Program-made: the position numbers and the translations under genes | Notes under the pieces: generated by a model | The model's input: the letters and a program-made list of their open reading frames with translations, nothing else | What the model was told of the DNA's origin: nothing | Database searches by the model: none | Shown here: piece by piece, positions 63,301 through 64,000 of the stretch | Numbering within the stretch: the first letter of the stretch is position 1 | Layout of the letters: each line of letters begins with the position of its first letter | NCBI GenBank assembly: GCA_938011935.1 | Contig: CALLSU010000069.1 | Coordinates: 7,106-71,105 of the forward strand | DNA from: an uncultured Collinsella sp. | GTDB taxonomy: Bacteria > Actinomycetota > Coriobacteriia > Coriobacteriales > Coriobacteriaceae | Length of the DNA stretch: 64,000 nt | Direction: 5' to 3'

Positions 63301-63421
63301 GATTTAAGCCTAGCAGCAGTCGGCGAAATCAAGCGTCGCTTGCACCTCATTTCGCAGGCGGCGCTTGATTTGTGTCCGCGCATGCTGATAGACTCCATCG
63401 TGCCCGCAAGGAGCGGGCGCG

Positions 63422-63510
63422 TTTTATCCAGAGTCGGGGTAGAGAGTTGGCTCCACGATCCCGACGCCAACCGGCCAAGAGGCACGGTGGCCCTGCCAAC
63501 ATCGATGAAA
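63422..63510 (+). ncRNA. SAM-I (S-box) riboswitch, P4-less variant
   Basis: P1 TTTTATC/GATGAAA, ATCCAGAG, P2 GTCGGG/CCCGAC with a GA kink-turn, loop TTGG pairing with CCAA, P3 GCCAACC/GGTGGC; TAGACT -10 near 63389. Confidence 0.85.
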
Positions 63511-63519
63511 GGAGTCCGT

Positions 63520-63942
63520 ATGGACAATTTCTCCGTGCGTAGCGAGCGCAACTTCCACAATCTGGTCGTCAAACCAAAACGAATACATCTTCTGGACAAG
63601 CCGAACGGCTATGCCTCGGCCATGGTCAAGAGTAGTCTCTCCCACCAGATGCGCTTTACGGTACAGAAGCTCGAGGAAGAGCTCTGTGCTGCTGGCAACC
63701 CGCATGTTCTGCAGATCAAGCTGCTCGGAGACGACTCGCGCGAGCCGTCGAGTTGGAAGCTGTTTGCAGACGGCGTGTGCGTTGCGGACGGATCCGGCGT
63801 CTTTGCTCGCGAGTGCTTCTGCGAGAGAGCCGAGGCGTTTTTGGACTTGTGTCGTGACGCCGTCGACGCGGCCGAGCTGCGCCATTGGAGCCAGAGGGAG
63901 TATGAGCTGTTGAGTGCGGCACGCGGGATTGCGGGGGTGTAA
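63520..63942 (+). CDS. Hypothetical protein (140 aa) downstream of the SAM riboswitch
   Basis: AAAGGAG RBS then ATG 63520; open frame to TAA 63942; no family recognised. Confidence 0.7.
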   Translation: MDNFSVRSERNFHNLVVKPKRIHLLDKPNGYASAMVKSSLSHQMRFTVQKLEEELCAAGNPHVLQIKLLGDDSREPSSWKLFADGVCVADGSGVFARECFCERAEAFLDLCRDAVDAAELRHWSQREYELLSAARGIAGV

Positions 63943-64000
63943 ACAGGCGGAGCGCTCCTGAAGCCTTATTCCACACGATCGGGTGTACTCATCTGCAACT

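Noticed and set aside
63247..63519. N-terminal 91 codons of the 231-aa ORF in the track
   Set aside because: They overlap the repeat array, hairpin and riboswitch; the strong RBS supports ATG 63520

Overview
GC-rich Coriobacteriia-type chromosome segment. Gene content and protein sequences resemble Collinsella; this is an inference, not a database result. Left to right: the N-terminus of an ArsC/Spx-family gene; a MurNAc-6P recycling cluster (murR-murQ-PTS murP-mupG); VanZ and an orphan serine resolvase; rnr, ftsEX, split transketolase, YitT, prfB, secA and rpmE. A ~7.3-kb accessory island follows (Cys-containing secreted peptide, ABC-2-type exporters, DUF2975/HTH pair, truncated tyrosine integrase, candidate 11-bp att repeats). 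Then an ACT protein, citrate synthase, two HAD hydrolases, adenine deaminase, tyrS, a U32 protein, a class A PBP, argR, a GT2, truA, the alpha operon and the distal spc operon (rplQ to rplE). The spc operon is broken upstream of rplE by a purine/urate-catabolism and selenium-molybdenum cofactor cluster (xdhC, yqeB, yqeC, hydA, mocA, ygeW, ygeY, dpaL, YheO-type regulator). The window ends with an AAA-ATPase/nuclease gene preceded by a ~33-bp-period repeat array, and a P4-less SAM-I riboswitch in front of an unknown 140-aa ORF. A dispersed family of short hairpins with a GGG(G)AC loop motif recurs in intergenic regions. No rRNA, tRNA or CRISPR array was seen.
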